The notes under the pieces: generated by a model
What the model saw: the letters and a program-made list of their open reading frames with translations, nothing else
What the model was told of the DNA's origin: nothing
Databases searched by the model: none
Position numbers and translations under genes: made by a program
Source: Takakia lepidozioides
Lineage: Eukaryota > Plantae > Bryophyta
Assembly: GCA_030704615.1 (NCBI GenBank)
Contig: CM060731.1
Location: 92,876,001 to 92,940,000, forward strand
DNA: 64,000 bases
Direction of reading: 5' to 3'
Shown here: in pieces, positions 1 to 11,089 of the stretch
How positions within the stretch are numbered: the stretch's first letter is position 1
Layout of the letters: each line of letters starts with the position of its first letter

Positions 1-29
1 CCAAAACCAAGGAGGTATCAAGTATTGTC

Positions 30-377
30 ATGGGCTGTGGATTATACTATGCTGCTTGTTTTCTGGCACGTTATCACATTGAGAGGCAGAGGATGCAATC
101 CCGATTTCTGAGTTATTCCAGTGGGGATCATTGGGTCTTACCTTCAGTGCCACCTCATATGTACCTATATGATGCAAAAGTTATGATGCAGAAGGATTCC
201 CAACTTCGTTCATGGTTTCATTCGGCTTGGAACAATTTGACAACACAGAAATTCGGCCCTGAGGATATTTTCTTTAAGGGACATGAGGCATGGAAATACT
301 TGCACTGTTCCCAAGTCATTGGCACACCTCTTACCTATACAGATAAGGACTTCAGGACGTTCACTAATTTTGCGTAA
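30..377 (+). CDS. Unknown ORF in the 3' internal region of a Tat-like Ty3/gypsy element (ends just before the PPT)
   Basis: Open 115-aa frame ending ~30 bp before the polypurine tract and 3' LTR; no recognisable domain. Confidence 0.3.
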   Translation: MGCGLYYAACFLARYHIERQRMQSRFLSYSSGDHWVLPSVPPHMYLYDAKVMMQKDSQLRSWFHSAWNNLTTQKFGPEDIFFKGHEAWKYLHCSQVIGTPLTYTDKDFRTFTNFA

Positions 378-422
378 CAGTAAACCGTGAGGACACGGCT
401 TTTTGAGAGGGGGAGGGGTAAA

Positions 423-1056
423 TGTTAGAGGGCTGCTTGGGACTTAGACGCTTTTACGGGTTCTGTGGGGTACCCTTAATTTTTGCACAGACTGAGACCA
501 ACAGGAGCCTTAGAGGTGGCAGCAGCAGGCTTTAGGGGGGTTACACAGCCAACACAGCCCGCCACAGCTTTGCACAGCCCGACATAGCCGACACAGTCCG
601 TCACAGCCAGTCATAGCCGACACAGCCCGACACAGCCAGTCACAACCAGCCACAGCCGCCACAGCTTCGCACAGCCCGTCACAGCCAGCCACAGCCGACA
701 CAGCCAATTACAGCCCGACACCTTGACATTGGCCTAGTACCTGATAAATCATAATCTGATACTTATTCGATACAAGCACACTATGTAGAGAGACATGAGG
801 GAAGCTGTGAAATGAATGCATGATAAACTGGAACTAAGTAGATACTGAAGCAATCTGATGCTTTAGTATCAGATAAGGTAAATTGATAACATGAAGGCAA
901 GAAGGAATACAAATGGGAAGCACAACCATGATTCACTAGCTGCAGGTCATGACTGATTGTACTGAGCGGGCTGAGTGCTTAGAGATATCCAACTCTTCTA
1001 TCTTGGAGTTTCCACCTCGGATAGCGAAGGGATGGGTGAGTAAAAGCCGCTCGACA
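423..1056 (+). mobile_element. 3' LTR of a Tat-like Ty3/gypsy retrotransposon (family L1)
   Basis: TGTTAGAG...GCTCGACA termini; PPT GAGAGGGGGAGGGG at ~406-419; highly similar to the LTR at 29959-30945. Confidence 0.9.
541..720 (+). repeat. (CACAGCC/ACAGCC)-type short tandem repeat inside the LTR
   Basis: Degenerate ~10-bp units; the same tract is at ~30097-30320 in the second LTR. Confidence 0.85.
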
Positions 1057-3617
1057 AGCGTGCGAATATTCTTGTCAGCTCGCCATGAATCCTCTTCTCC
1101 GCCAGGTGCCTCGTCAAGTCTTCGTCTCACTGGACGGGTGTGAACATCTCCTTCCAAGTGTTGGCCTCTTCAAAGCAATGGCGTGTCCCGAAGGCCCTCT
1201 CGCAATGCTACCGCCCACTTCCAAGGATTCTTCGATCTGGAAGCAGTCTGCATCAGCATTTCCTGCCTGTCCAGCCCCAAGCCCCACTGTTTCCCTTTCA
1301 AGAACTTGTTGTACCTGCATTGCTGCATAATTGACCTCACAATGTCCTCCGTTGTGGCAGTGAGGATGTCCACCAGATGCGCCGCAGAGGAGGCACGCCA
1401 TGAAGAATGTACTGATTCGGCCATGTTTGTTGTTGGCATGTCGGTGTCGGAGTCGAGACACATTTCCTGCACATGCACATGTTCAGGTTACAAGCAAGTT
1501 ACAAATAATGAGTAGCATAATATTCAACGGGACGCGAATTCGTCCAACTCACCTCCCGCATATAGTCGCCGAACTGGAGGAAACGTTAATGCCACCATGC
1601 TAGCCAACTGACCATTGCTCCCTCGTCTGATTTCTTTACAGCACCTGACATTGTCCACCAAGCTCGTATACATGCAAACTGTGTTTCTACATCATCCAAA
1701 GTGGGAGCACGCTTCCACACAAGACACATGGAACGGTACTCCTCTCTGAAATCTGGCGCCACGAGCCTGGGGGTGTATTGCGACAAGCTCTGCAGAAAAT
1801 GGAACCCACGAGATCTCTCCTTGCCTTTCATGGGAACATTGGGGTCTTCCCTGTACACCCTTCGGATGACAGCCCAATTTGCTTGTGCATTGTCCGCCAT
1901 GAAACCTTGGAAATTGGGAGGGGGCAATCCTGCCCTGGCCATCTGTTCGTTTATTCCCTGCCAAAGAAGCATCTCCAATTGTGTGTCCTCTCATTTCATC
2001 TCACAAATAGCAATTGTCATTAGCATCCTGCAGTGGGTGTCGTAGACATGTGCACCCATTGTCACCCACTGGTGATTTGTAATTTGCTTGATATGGTTGA
2101 ACATGACCCAACAGTTTGACAAGTCCCCACTCGTCATCCGGTGGACCAGTTCAACGCCGTTGTCAGGCCCACACGTGGACATTTTGAATACGAAACAACA
2201 ATCTGCCTCAGTCCCTTGTCCTGGAAACCTACTTCCATGAATGTAGTCATATCCACATCGTCGCTTCACCTCCAGAATGGAGTGCATATCCGAGCCACGC
2301 CCAATTCTCTGTTTGCAGGAGACAATGAGGTTTTGGACATTCGGTGAACAGACGTGGGACACTGACTCCAGCAATGCCTCCATTTCCTTCTCATCGAGAG
2401 GAACTTGTCGGAGCCGTCTTTCGACATAATTTTGGCCAATGCCATCTTATGGGCGGCCTGCAGCTGTATCTGTTTGGGTTTGGCACCAGGTCTCAACTTA
2501 ACGTCCTCCTGCACGAGCTGCTCTACCTCGTGGGCAGCCTCCCGTGAGTTCCCCCTTGCCAATTTGTGACAATGCGAACCAACGTGTATGCAAGCTCGTG
2601 TGAGGTCAGGGAAACGGTGCAACACATAGAACTGCTTGGCATTACAAACAGACATGCAATGTGGTGGTTCTTTGCAATGCGCACACTTAAATGTGGAGTT
2701 TGGAACCTTCTCCTGAGCTTGAAATGGTTGATGAGCTGTGCCTGTCCAATCAGTCTCGTTCCTGTGACCTCTGGATTTAAAGTGGAAGCAAGCTGGAGAG
2801 AAACACCGCAACGCACCCGCACACCATCGAGCATCTTCATGCTTGTGGTTTTGGTGACGCACCAAGGATGACCGTCATGTTTCCTATCCATATCTGTCAA
2901 CATTCCGGACGCCCTGGAATAGTCCGTTCGAGGAGGGAACTCAAAGAAGATATTACCGTCGACGTCTGCGGGAAGGCATGTAACGGATTTAATTGCAAAC
3001 TTGCTATAGTCCAGCCCAGCCAGCTCCGAGTGGTGTCCCTCCATGTGAAGCCCTCGCAGAATTTCAAGAATGGATCGAATTGCCGAGCTCGTGCTGGGAA
3101 TATGACTCCCTCATCCGCTGATGTCCATTGAGAACTTGCCTGATCTCCAGGATGATCTCGGAACTTCCATGACCTTGTCTGAGTCGGACAGGTTGTGAAC
3201 AACCCGGTTCTCGCTCATCTTCATTGACGGGGTCGGCTCTGGATTTACTTCGTTGCGGACTTCTCTCTTTGAGGTACCCAGTCTCTGATTTGCGGATTGT
3301 TTCATAGAAGGCGCCAGGATAGAAGGTGCATTTGGCGGGCAAATGAAGTCCCCAACAGCCCTGTATATGACGCTGTCCGATGGTGGAACTTGCCATTCCC
3401 TGCTGTCGCCGAAATCATCATGGAGCACAACAATACTTTCGACTACAACTCCGTTTGAATCCGTTCTTTCCTCCTCCAAAAATACCGACCCCGGTTTCAG
3501 GTGGTATCGAACGCAGAGATATTTCTCCATCACCCAGCAGATGTCCCCTCTGCACGGAAATGTAGCTGTATGCTCGTGTGGAGGGCAGTATACTATAGCG
3601 CTCGGGTTTTCTGCCAT
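1057..3617 (-). pseudogene. Mutator-like (MULE) transposase with GCM/WRKY-like domain, copy 1 (frameshifted; C-terminus cut by the LTR insertion)
   Basis: Collinear ORF pieces: MDRKHDGHPWCVTKT, CAGALRCFSPAC, CAHCKEPPHC..C..ACIHVGSHCH, VMFNHIKQ, FMADNAQANW, MPTTNMAESVHSSW; homologous to 34203-37681. Confidence 0.85.
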
Positions 3618-3779
3618 GGGAGATGTGCACACAAGACTGCCAGGATGGCGTTCAGGCAAGCGCCCTGGGAGAAGGGGGATGCAGTGAGGGGAAGGAATGC
3701 AGGGCCGATTTTTCCGAGCGACGAAGCCTATTCACGAATCCGGGGAGCCCACTCTCCCAAAAATCCACTGTCAGAGTGT

Positions 3780-4764
3780 TAATGAACCTTGTCTCCAGAA
3801 TGCGGCCCCTGGCCTTTGCGCAATAACTGCCAACGGTATGCAGTCAGAAGGTATATGACCAGTGCAGATGCTCTGCGCAAACCAATAATTGTGGCGTCTG
3901 ACAAGAAGCGTGGGGGGCGAGCGTGCAAGCACCTTCCCCTTGGACAGAGGGAACTGGCAGAGGTGGCATTCCACTGGGTTTGTTTGCAAGATTGAGTGCT
4001 AGACCCTTGCTGCCAAAAGTCAACATTCAACAAAATGCAACATTGCACAAAAAGTAGAACTTTGGTTCAAAGGAGACATTTTTATTAATAATGAACTGTG
4101 ACAAGTATACATGCCCTCACAAACCGAGGGAAGCCAAAAGTATGCATGCAATCCATGCTCAGGTAAGTTGGAAATTTGCTCCTGTGTTGCACTGTTCTCA
4201 CCAAGAAGCTGGAACCTCGATTGGCCTCTCAACAAGCTCATGATTGACAGGGTGTCGGTAGGTGAAGACAATGGATGCAACCCGTTCGCCTTTGGTGTAG
4301 TGGACAACGGTGTCATGTCCTCCGATATATGCACCATCGTAAATCGAGACCTTTGCTGTGGAGACTCTGTGTCCATAGGACTCATCCTCGTAGCTTATGA
4401 GAATGTCCCCATACACTGTTTGGGATGGAATCCTCTCTGGCATGTACGTACACCTGATGCAATCCTCGTAGGCCCACTGGCAGCACCTCCAATGATGTAG
4501 TAAGGCCGTGCGGCTTTTGGGGATGTTCCATGCAGGCGGATACTGCAGATCAACGATTCGCAGGCACCAAAGCTACGCAAGCCCGTCCCCGCGAGGCTGA
4601 TCGTGGAAGCCACGAAGGTACTCAAGAGCGGATAGGTGCACCCTCCTCTGCTGAGAGTGGTCTATCCAATCCTGTAGGTATATGAAAATATCCCCTGACT
4701 TGGGCGAGAAGTCCCACGGCGTGAGATGCTTGTTTGGGCAGTTGCTAGGATCCCGGCACGCCAT
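3780..4764 (-). pseudogene. Degenerate ORF upstream of transposase copy 1; possibly a decayed second GCM-like module
   Basis: Chain of frameshifted ORFs starting MACRDPSNCP; 'SIMSLL..EQISNLP..YFWLP' and 'CKQTQW' weakly resemble the transposase N-terminal domain. Confidence 0.3.
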
Positions 4765-5024
4765 CGCCGACTATTGAAAGGGCTGCCGGGAAGCAGAGAG
4801 GGTGCGCAGGGAGGGGGGAGTGTGGGGAAGCTCGGAGCAGAGAGTGAGAGGAGCTTGGAGCAAGGAAGTGTTGTTGCTGTCTCGGTTTGAAACGCGTGGG
4901 TCACGAGAGAAGGTCGGGCAAGTGGCAGAGAAAAAGAGCAACATTTAATATAACCGTACCCAGGAATGAGAGGCAGAATTTAATTCGACATGGCGTCAAA
5001 TCGGAGGGTGACGGCCCCACGTGC

Positions 5025-6175
5025 CTGCCAGAGAACATCCCCCGGATGGAAAAATGGCGCCGAATTTCCATCCGAGGCCGCACGGATGGAGTCGTCTCGG
5101 GGGGAGAGGCCGACACCTGGCCAACAGAGAATATCCCTCGGATGGAAAAATGGCGCCGAATTTCCATCCGAGGCCGTTCGGATGAAGTCGTCTCGGGGGG
5201 AGAGGCCGACACATGGCCGACAGAAAACATCCCCCGGATGGAAAAATGGCGCCAAATTTCCATCCGAGGCCCGTTGGATGAAGTCGTCTCGGGGGGGGGA
5301 GGCCGACACCTGGCCAACAGAGAATATCCCCCGGATGGAAAAACGGCGCCGAATTTTCCGAGGCTGTTCGAATGGAGTCGTCTCGGGGGGAGAGGCCGAC
5401 ACCTGTCCGACAGAGAGCATCCCCCGGATGGAAAAACGGCGCCGAATTCCCATCCGAGGCCGCACGGATGGAGTCGTCTCGGGGGGAGAGGCCGACACCT
5501 GGCTGACAGAGAATATCCCCCGGATGGAAAAACGGCGCCGAATTTCCATCCGAGGTCGCCCGGATGAAGTCGTCTTGGGGGGAGAGGCCGACACCTGGCC
5601 GATAGAGAACATCCCCCGGATGAAAAAATGGCGTCGAATTTCCATCCGGGGCCGGTCGGATGAAGTCGTCTCGGGGGGAGAGGCCGACACCTGGCCGACA
5701 GAGACCATCCCCGGATGGAAAAACGGCGCCGAATTCCCATCCGAGGCCGCACGGATGGAGTCGTCTGGGAGGGAGAGGCCGACACTTGGCCAACAGAGAA
5801 CATCCCCCGGATGGGAAAACGATGAATTTCCATCCGAGGCCGCCCGGATGAAGTCGTCTCGGGGGGAGAGGCCGACAGAGAACATCCCCCGGATGGAAAA
5901 ACGGCCGAATTTCCATCCGGGGCCGGTCGGATGAAGTCATCTCGGGGGGAGAGGCCGACACCTGGCCGACAGAGACGATCCCCGGATGGAAAACCTGCGC
6001 CGAATTTCCATCCTGCAAGTAAACCGGAGCGCGGACGGATGGAAAACCTACGCCGAATCTCCATCCAGCAGGTAAGCGGGAGCGCGGCCGGATGGAAAAC
6101 CGGCGACGAATTTCCATCTAGGAGGTAAGCGGGAGGGCGGCCGGATGGAAAACCGGCGCCGAATTTCCATCCTGC
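5025..6175 (+). repeat. 96-bp GC-rich tandem array (left arm), about 10 units plus shorter variant units
   Basis: Period 96 bp (5041, 5137, 5233...); each unit has the internal palindrome CGGATGGAAA-AACGGCGCCGAA-TTTCCATCCG. Confidence 0.95.
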
Positions 6176-6359
6176 AGGAAAATTCGGTCTACCTCGTGGA
6201 TGGATAACCGGCACCGAATTTGTCTCTAGCGGACGACAATGGTGGGAATAACGTGCCAAAAAGTGGCTTGCAGGCAAAAAACTATAAGTTTAGTGTCTGA
6301 TTAGACCAAAAAACACGAAAAACTTGATGCAACGACTGAAAATTGTTGATGAAGGGTCG

Positions 6360-7510
6360 ATACGGATGGATATTCGGCGCCGTTTTTCCATCCTGCAGAT
6401 GATATCTGTCGACCTATCCCCCCGAGATGACTTCATCTGGGGGGCCTCGGATGGAAATTCGACGCCATTTTTCCATCCGAGGGATATTCTCTGTCGGCCT
6501 CTCCCCCAGAGACGACTCCATCCGTGCGGCCTCGGATGGAAATTTGGCGCCGTTTTTCCATCCGGGGGATGTTCTCTGTCGGCCAGGTGTCGGCCTCTCC
6601 CCCCGAGACGACTTCATCCAACGGGCCTCGGATGGAAATTCGGCGCCGTTTTTCCATCCGGGGGATGTTCCCTGTCGGCCAGGTGTCGGCCTCTCCCCCC
6701 GAGACGACTCATCCGGGCGGCCTCGGATGGAAATTCGGCGCCGTTTTTCCGTCCGGGGGATGTTCTCTGTCGGCCAGGTGTCGGCCTCTGCCCCCAAGAC
6801 GACTTCATCCAACGGGCCTCGGATGGAAATTCGGCGCCATTTTTCCATCCGGGGGATATTTTCTATCGGCCAGGTGTCGGCCTCTCCCCCCGAGACGACT
6901 TCATCCGAACGGCCTCGGATGGAAATTTGGCGCCGTTTTTCCATCCGAGGGATATTCTCTGTCGGCCTCTCCCCCAGAGACGACTCCATCCGTGCGGCCT
7001 CGGATGGAAATCTGGCGCCGTTTTTCCATCTGGGGGATGTTCTCTGTCGGCCAGGTGTCGGCCTCTCCCCCCGAGACGACTTCATCCAACGGGCCTCGGA
7101 TGGAAATTCGGCGCCGTTTTTCCATCCGGGGGATGTTCCCTGTCGGCCAGGTGTCGGCCTCTCCCCCCGAGACGACTCCATCCGTGCGGCCTCGGATGGG
7201 AATTCGGCGCCGTTTTTCCATCCGGGGGATGCTCTCTGTCGGCCAGGTGTCGGCCTCTCCCCCCGAGACGACTCCATCCGAACGGCCTCGGATGGAAATT
7301 CGGCGCCGTTTTTCCATCCGGGGGATGTTCTCTGTCGGCCAGGTGTCGGCCTCTCCCCCCAGACGACTTCATCCAACGGGCCTCGGATGGAAATTTGGCA
7401 CCGTTTTTCCTCCCGCTTACGTGCTGGATGGAAATTCGGCGCCGGTTTTCCATCCTGCAGCGCTCCGGTTTACCTGCTGGATGGAAATTCGTCGGTGATT
7501 TTCCATCCGA
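6360..7510 (-). repeat. 96-bp tandem array (right arm), inverted relative to the left arm
   Basis: Reverse complement of the same unit; separated from the left arm by a ~190-bp less GC-rich spacer. Confidence 0.95.
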
Positions 7511-7719
7511 CGGCTCCTGGATGAGAACGTCTCGGGCAGAGGGAGGGCCATGTTGCGTCCTACTGGCGAATGATGAATTCTCGGTGGGGGGGGGTGGGCT
7601 AGGTGAGGCCTGTGGCCGACCTCCATACCTATGACATTTAAGGGCGCAGTTGCGCATTAAATGTCCTCCGCCGTCAGTTTTGAACCGGATGTTCCGCACG
7701 GATTCCGCGCTTGCTTCTC

Positions 7720-8016
7720 GGATACGCCTTCGACACCTGATGTGACGGGTGGATGAAGTTCCACTCGAGGCCTGTAAGCACGCATTCTGCGGGTGATTTT
7801 TTCTTTTACTGGGACTTATGCCGCGTGGAGAAGGGCGTGGCTCTCCTGAGAGAAACCCCACATCCAGACCGCGGCGCAAACTAAAGGATTGTACTACGGG
7901 CAGCGTCCAACCTCTTGCATGGCCAAACTGAAGCTCCAGCAGGAGATCCCATTGTCTTGCTCACAGCCCGCGCCAACTGAAGCCGAGCACTCTCAGGCAA
8001 GCCCCTCCCTCTTTCG
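7720..8016 (+). repeat. Duplicated block X (second copy ~10391-10687)
   Basis: GACACCTGATGTGACGGGTGG...GCAAGCCCCT near-identical at both sites. Confidence 0.9.
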
Positions 8017-8273
8017 CTTTGTGTAACATGTGCGGTCTTCTTCGCTTTGTTTTGTTTGTTTTGGCATCTTCAGCCTGGCAGCCCTGGAAGTGCATGGTTG
8101 CATCGCAAAAGCAGGAGTTGGTGAGAAGAATGATGAAGGTCAGAGGGGTTAGAAAGGAGCCAGGTCGTTGCTGCATGATGAAGTGCCTTCAAAACATTTC
8201 ACCCTGTTTTCCCGTCTTATCGAAATCGTCCTTAAATTTTCATGTTGATTTCTGCAAGTTACTGGTTGAGTGA
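8017..8273 (+). pseudogene. PPR-protein (E/E+ domain) gene fragment, internally deleted copy
   Basis: VRRMMKVRGVRKEPGRCC; inverted longer copy at 13408-13765. Confidence 0.75.
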
Positions 8274-8325
8274 AAGCCTGAATGCTTGCTCATGTATCTT
8301 CTGGGGTTTTTGGGGTGGATGGCAG

Positions 8326-9684
8326 TTGAAGGTGGGTGACCAAGTCCAGCTTATCGACACGGTTTCGAGGGCAACAGCAGCATCTGGCCACATTGTTGGT
8401 CTACAAGGGTCTTAAGCGAGTGCCGGATACCCTATGGTGCCTCAGGGGTATGTGGCCATCATGATCACACAGGTGACACTTACCAATGCCCCTCTACCAT
8501 ATCACAACAAGTGCATGAAGCCAGCGCACACAGAGTTGGGAGACACTCTAGATCATGTTACAGTTTGGAGTGACAAGTTTGTGAAAATCCAGAAAGTGAA
8601 GTGATGAGCGTTTGACTGCCCCGAATTTTGAGTGCATCATCTGCCATGTGTTAGGATTGCACCAGTCCGAGAGATGCCAGTGTATGCATCTTCTGCTCAG
8701 GCATTTGGAAGTCTACTTAGACTTTGCAACTTTGTGCAGTTTTGTAGCGGCACCGGATTAGATTATGGAAATGATCTCTGATCATTAACTCAGGTTGTAT
8801 TTGAATCAATGTTCCAATTTCAAATGTGCTTTCATGTTTCAGTGGTGTTTTCGTGTGCTTTCAATGGTGCTTTATGTTTCAATGCTGCTAGAGTCAGGCC
8901 CATGACTACGCTCATGTATAGGACTACCTCCCATCCACAGAGCCTCCGGCACGTGCCACTTTAACCCCCCGTGTTCGCCAATACGAGTGCCACGTGCTAT
9001 ATCCAGACTCCACAGTGCGCCATGGAAGTCATATGTTCCAGTCATAATGACCACCCCCACCCCGCGTAATTTGACTCCATGTGTGGACCTGGCATTAAAC
9101 GTCCGAAGTCATACATGCCAGTCACAAAAGCCCCTCCCGAAGCCCATTGTCATGGCACGTGTCATGTCCCATTTTTGCCACGTGTGGCACTGGGGTTAAT
9201 CGGCGGAAGTCATACATGCTAGTCTTGGAAGAACCCCTCTCCCTCACCCTGTCACGCCATGTGTCATGTCCAGTCTAATCCACGTGTTGTCCTGGGGTTA
9301 ATCTGCGGAAGTCACCCTGTCATGCCACGTGTCGTTCCCGGTATTCTCCACGTGTTGTCCTGGGGTTAATCCTCAGAAGTCGTATATGCCAGTCGTGAAG
9401 ACCCGGTCACCTTCCCTTTGTCGTGACACGTGGCATATCCCTTCCGTTCCACGTGAACCTGACATGGATTCGCAGTCATTTATTACGGTCTTATCAATGA
9501 CTATGATTAGGTGTCCCTGTTGCCACATCAACAGTGAGCTCCACGACTGGCAGATACGACTCTATGGCGCTTACGACTCATTTGTCACAACTGACTGGGT
9601 TTATCTGACTGGGCAGTCATGCAGTCATAAAAGACTGATATGACTGGAAAATAACAGACGTAAAAGCCGAATTCTGTTGTAGTG
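8326..9684 (+). mobile_element. 3' end of CACTA/En-Spm element A: TnpA-like terminal exon, subterminal repeats and TIR
   Basis: Exon 8326-8604 reads LKVGDQVQLID...APLPYHNKCMKPAHTELGDTLDHVTVWSDKFVK (homologous to 17875-18127); GAAGTCAT/CCACGTG repeats ~8890-9480; terminus reads CACTACAACAGAA on the minus strand. Confidence 0.75.
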
Positions 9685-9789
9685 AGTGGGGAGGTCACTT
9701 CATCTTCTGCGGAGATAGTGGAAGGTGTAGTGGCGGAGTCCTCGGATTTGAGGGTCAAGACTGCCACAGCGGCGCCATGGCAAACTGCA

Positions 9790-10310
9790 GCTGCCAGCTA
9801 GGCCAGCCATTGAGCGCGCCATGGTGACACCTGGAGTTGTCATGTTAGACAATCAGGATGGCATTTTCTGTTTGACCGGCCACTGCGGGTCTTGTTGGAC
9901 TCGGGAGCTCAGCCACTGATGCTGGGCAAAGCTACTATTGCAGGCTTGGGCCTCACGGAGGCGGATATGGAGCCGTGCCCTTTCCAGATACAGATACCTC
10001 TGGGAGGATCAGAGCAGGCTTGGGGCATGACACGGCGTGAGTTGGCTATCAGACTACAGCCGGATCACCCTACAGATGGCTCAGTGATGAGAGCCAAGGT
10101 CATTGTGACAGACGCGGTTTCTTACGATGTCCTAGTTGGTGGGGCAGTGTTGTACCCCATGGGCTTCACCCTGGATTTTGGGAGGATTCAGCTTCCTATA
10201 GGCCTGGATGGTAGTCAGGGGAGGGCCGGCGTGTGCAGCTCCCTGTGACATTCATAGGAGGAGTTGCAGTTGCCCAACGAGGCAAGATGCCGACACTGGC
10301 CTTGTAGCAA
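9790..10310 (+). pseudogene. Retrotransposon aspartic protease fragment
   Basis: LLDSGA catalytic motif and YDVLVGG C-terminal motif. Confidence 0.7.
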
Positions 10311-10687
10311 GAAGCAAGACTCGTGTAGAAAACTACATCTAGAGGAAGTGTTGGAACCAGTGGGACTATAGAGTGAACCGGTTGTTTCCTGGATATGCCT
10401 TTGACACCTGATGTGACGGGTGGATGAAGTTCCACTCGAGGCTTATACGCACGCATTCTGTGGGTGATTTTTTCTTTTACTGGGACTTATGCCGCGTGGA
10501 GAAGGGCGTGGCTCTCCTAAGAGAAACCCCACATCCAGACCGCGGCACAAACTAAAGGCTTTGTACTACGGGCGGCGTCCAACCTCTTGCATGGCCAAAC
10601 TGAAGCTCCAGCAGGAGATCCCATTGTCTTGCTCACAGCCTGCGCCAACTGAAGCCGAGCACTCTCAGGCAAGCCCCTTCCTCTTTC

Positions 10688-11028
10688 TTAATCACTAGTT
10701 ATTGGTCACCAACGGGCTTGCACCATCCTCGGGGTTACTACTCCCTATATATACTTCTGTGATTGTCCGCGGGGGTTTCACAAACAACCATGCCATTTTA
10801 TGGTGAACCACCACGAAGACCCTCGATTCCCGGTGATGAGTCGCGGTGAGTTTTGGCCCACCCACCACGGCCCCATTGGACCGTGGTGAGTCCCAAGACT
10901 CCCCACGACTCCCACCATAAGGTCTCCGCCCCATGGTGAGTCCTATGCCACCCCCACTAAGTCCCACTAAGCTACCACCACCCTTTGTGGAGCCACCGCC
11001 ATCGCAACCCGGTGTGCGGGGCTCCACC
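10688..11028 (-). mobile_element. Displaced (inverted) U3 half of the 5' LTR of the gypsy element at 13766-16898
   Basis: TATATATAGGGAG box on the minus strand; undoing the 10688-13765 inversion joins it to the LTR remnant at 13766. Confidence 0.55.
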
Positions 11029-11089
11029 TAGTGAATGCCTCCGCCTCCTTGAGTGCCTTGGGCACTCAAGGGTGCTTCAGCCCCCATAC

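Noticed and set aside
510-707. Cys/Ala-rich small ORFs (also 30031-30307)
   Set aside because: Translations of the LTR minisatellite
4887-7879. Many long overlapping ORFs (up to 458 aa) on both strands
   Set aside because: Artefacts of a stop-poor 96-bp (multiple of 3) GC-rich repeat; open in nearly all frames
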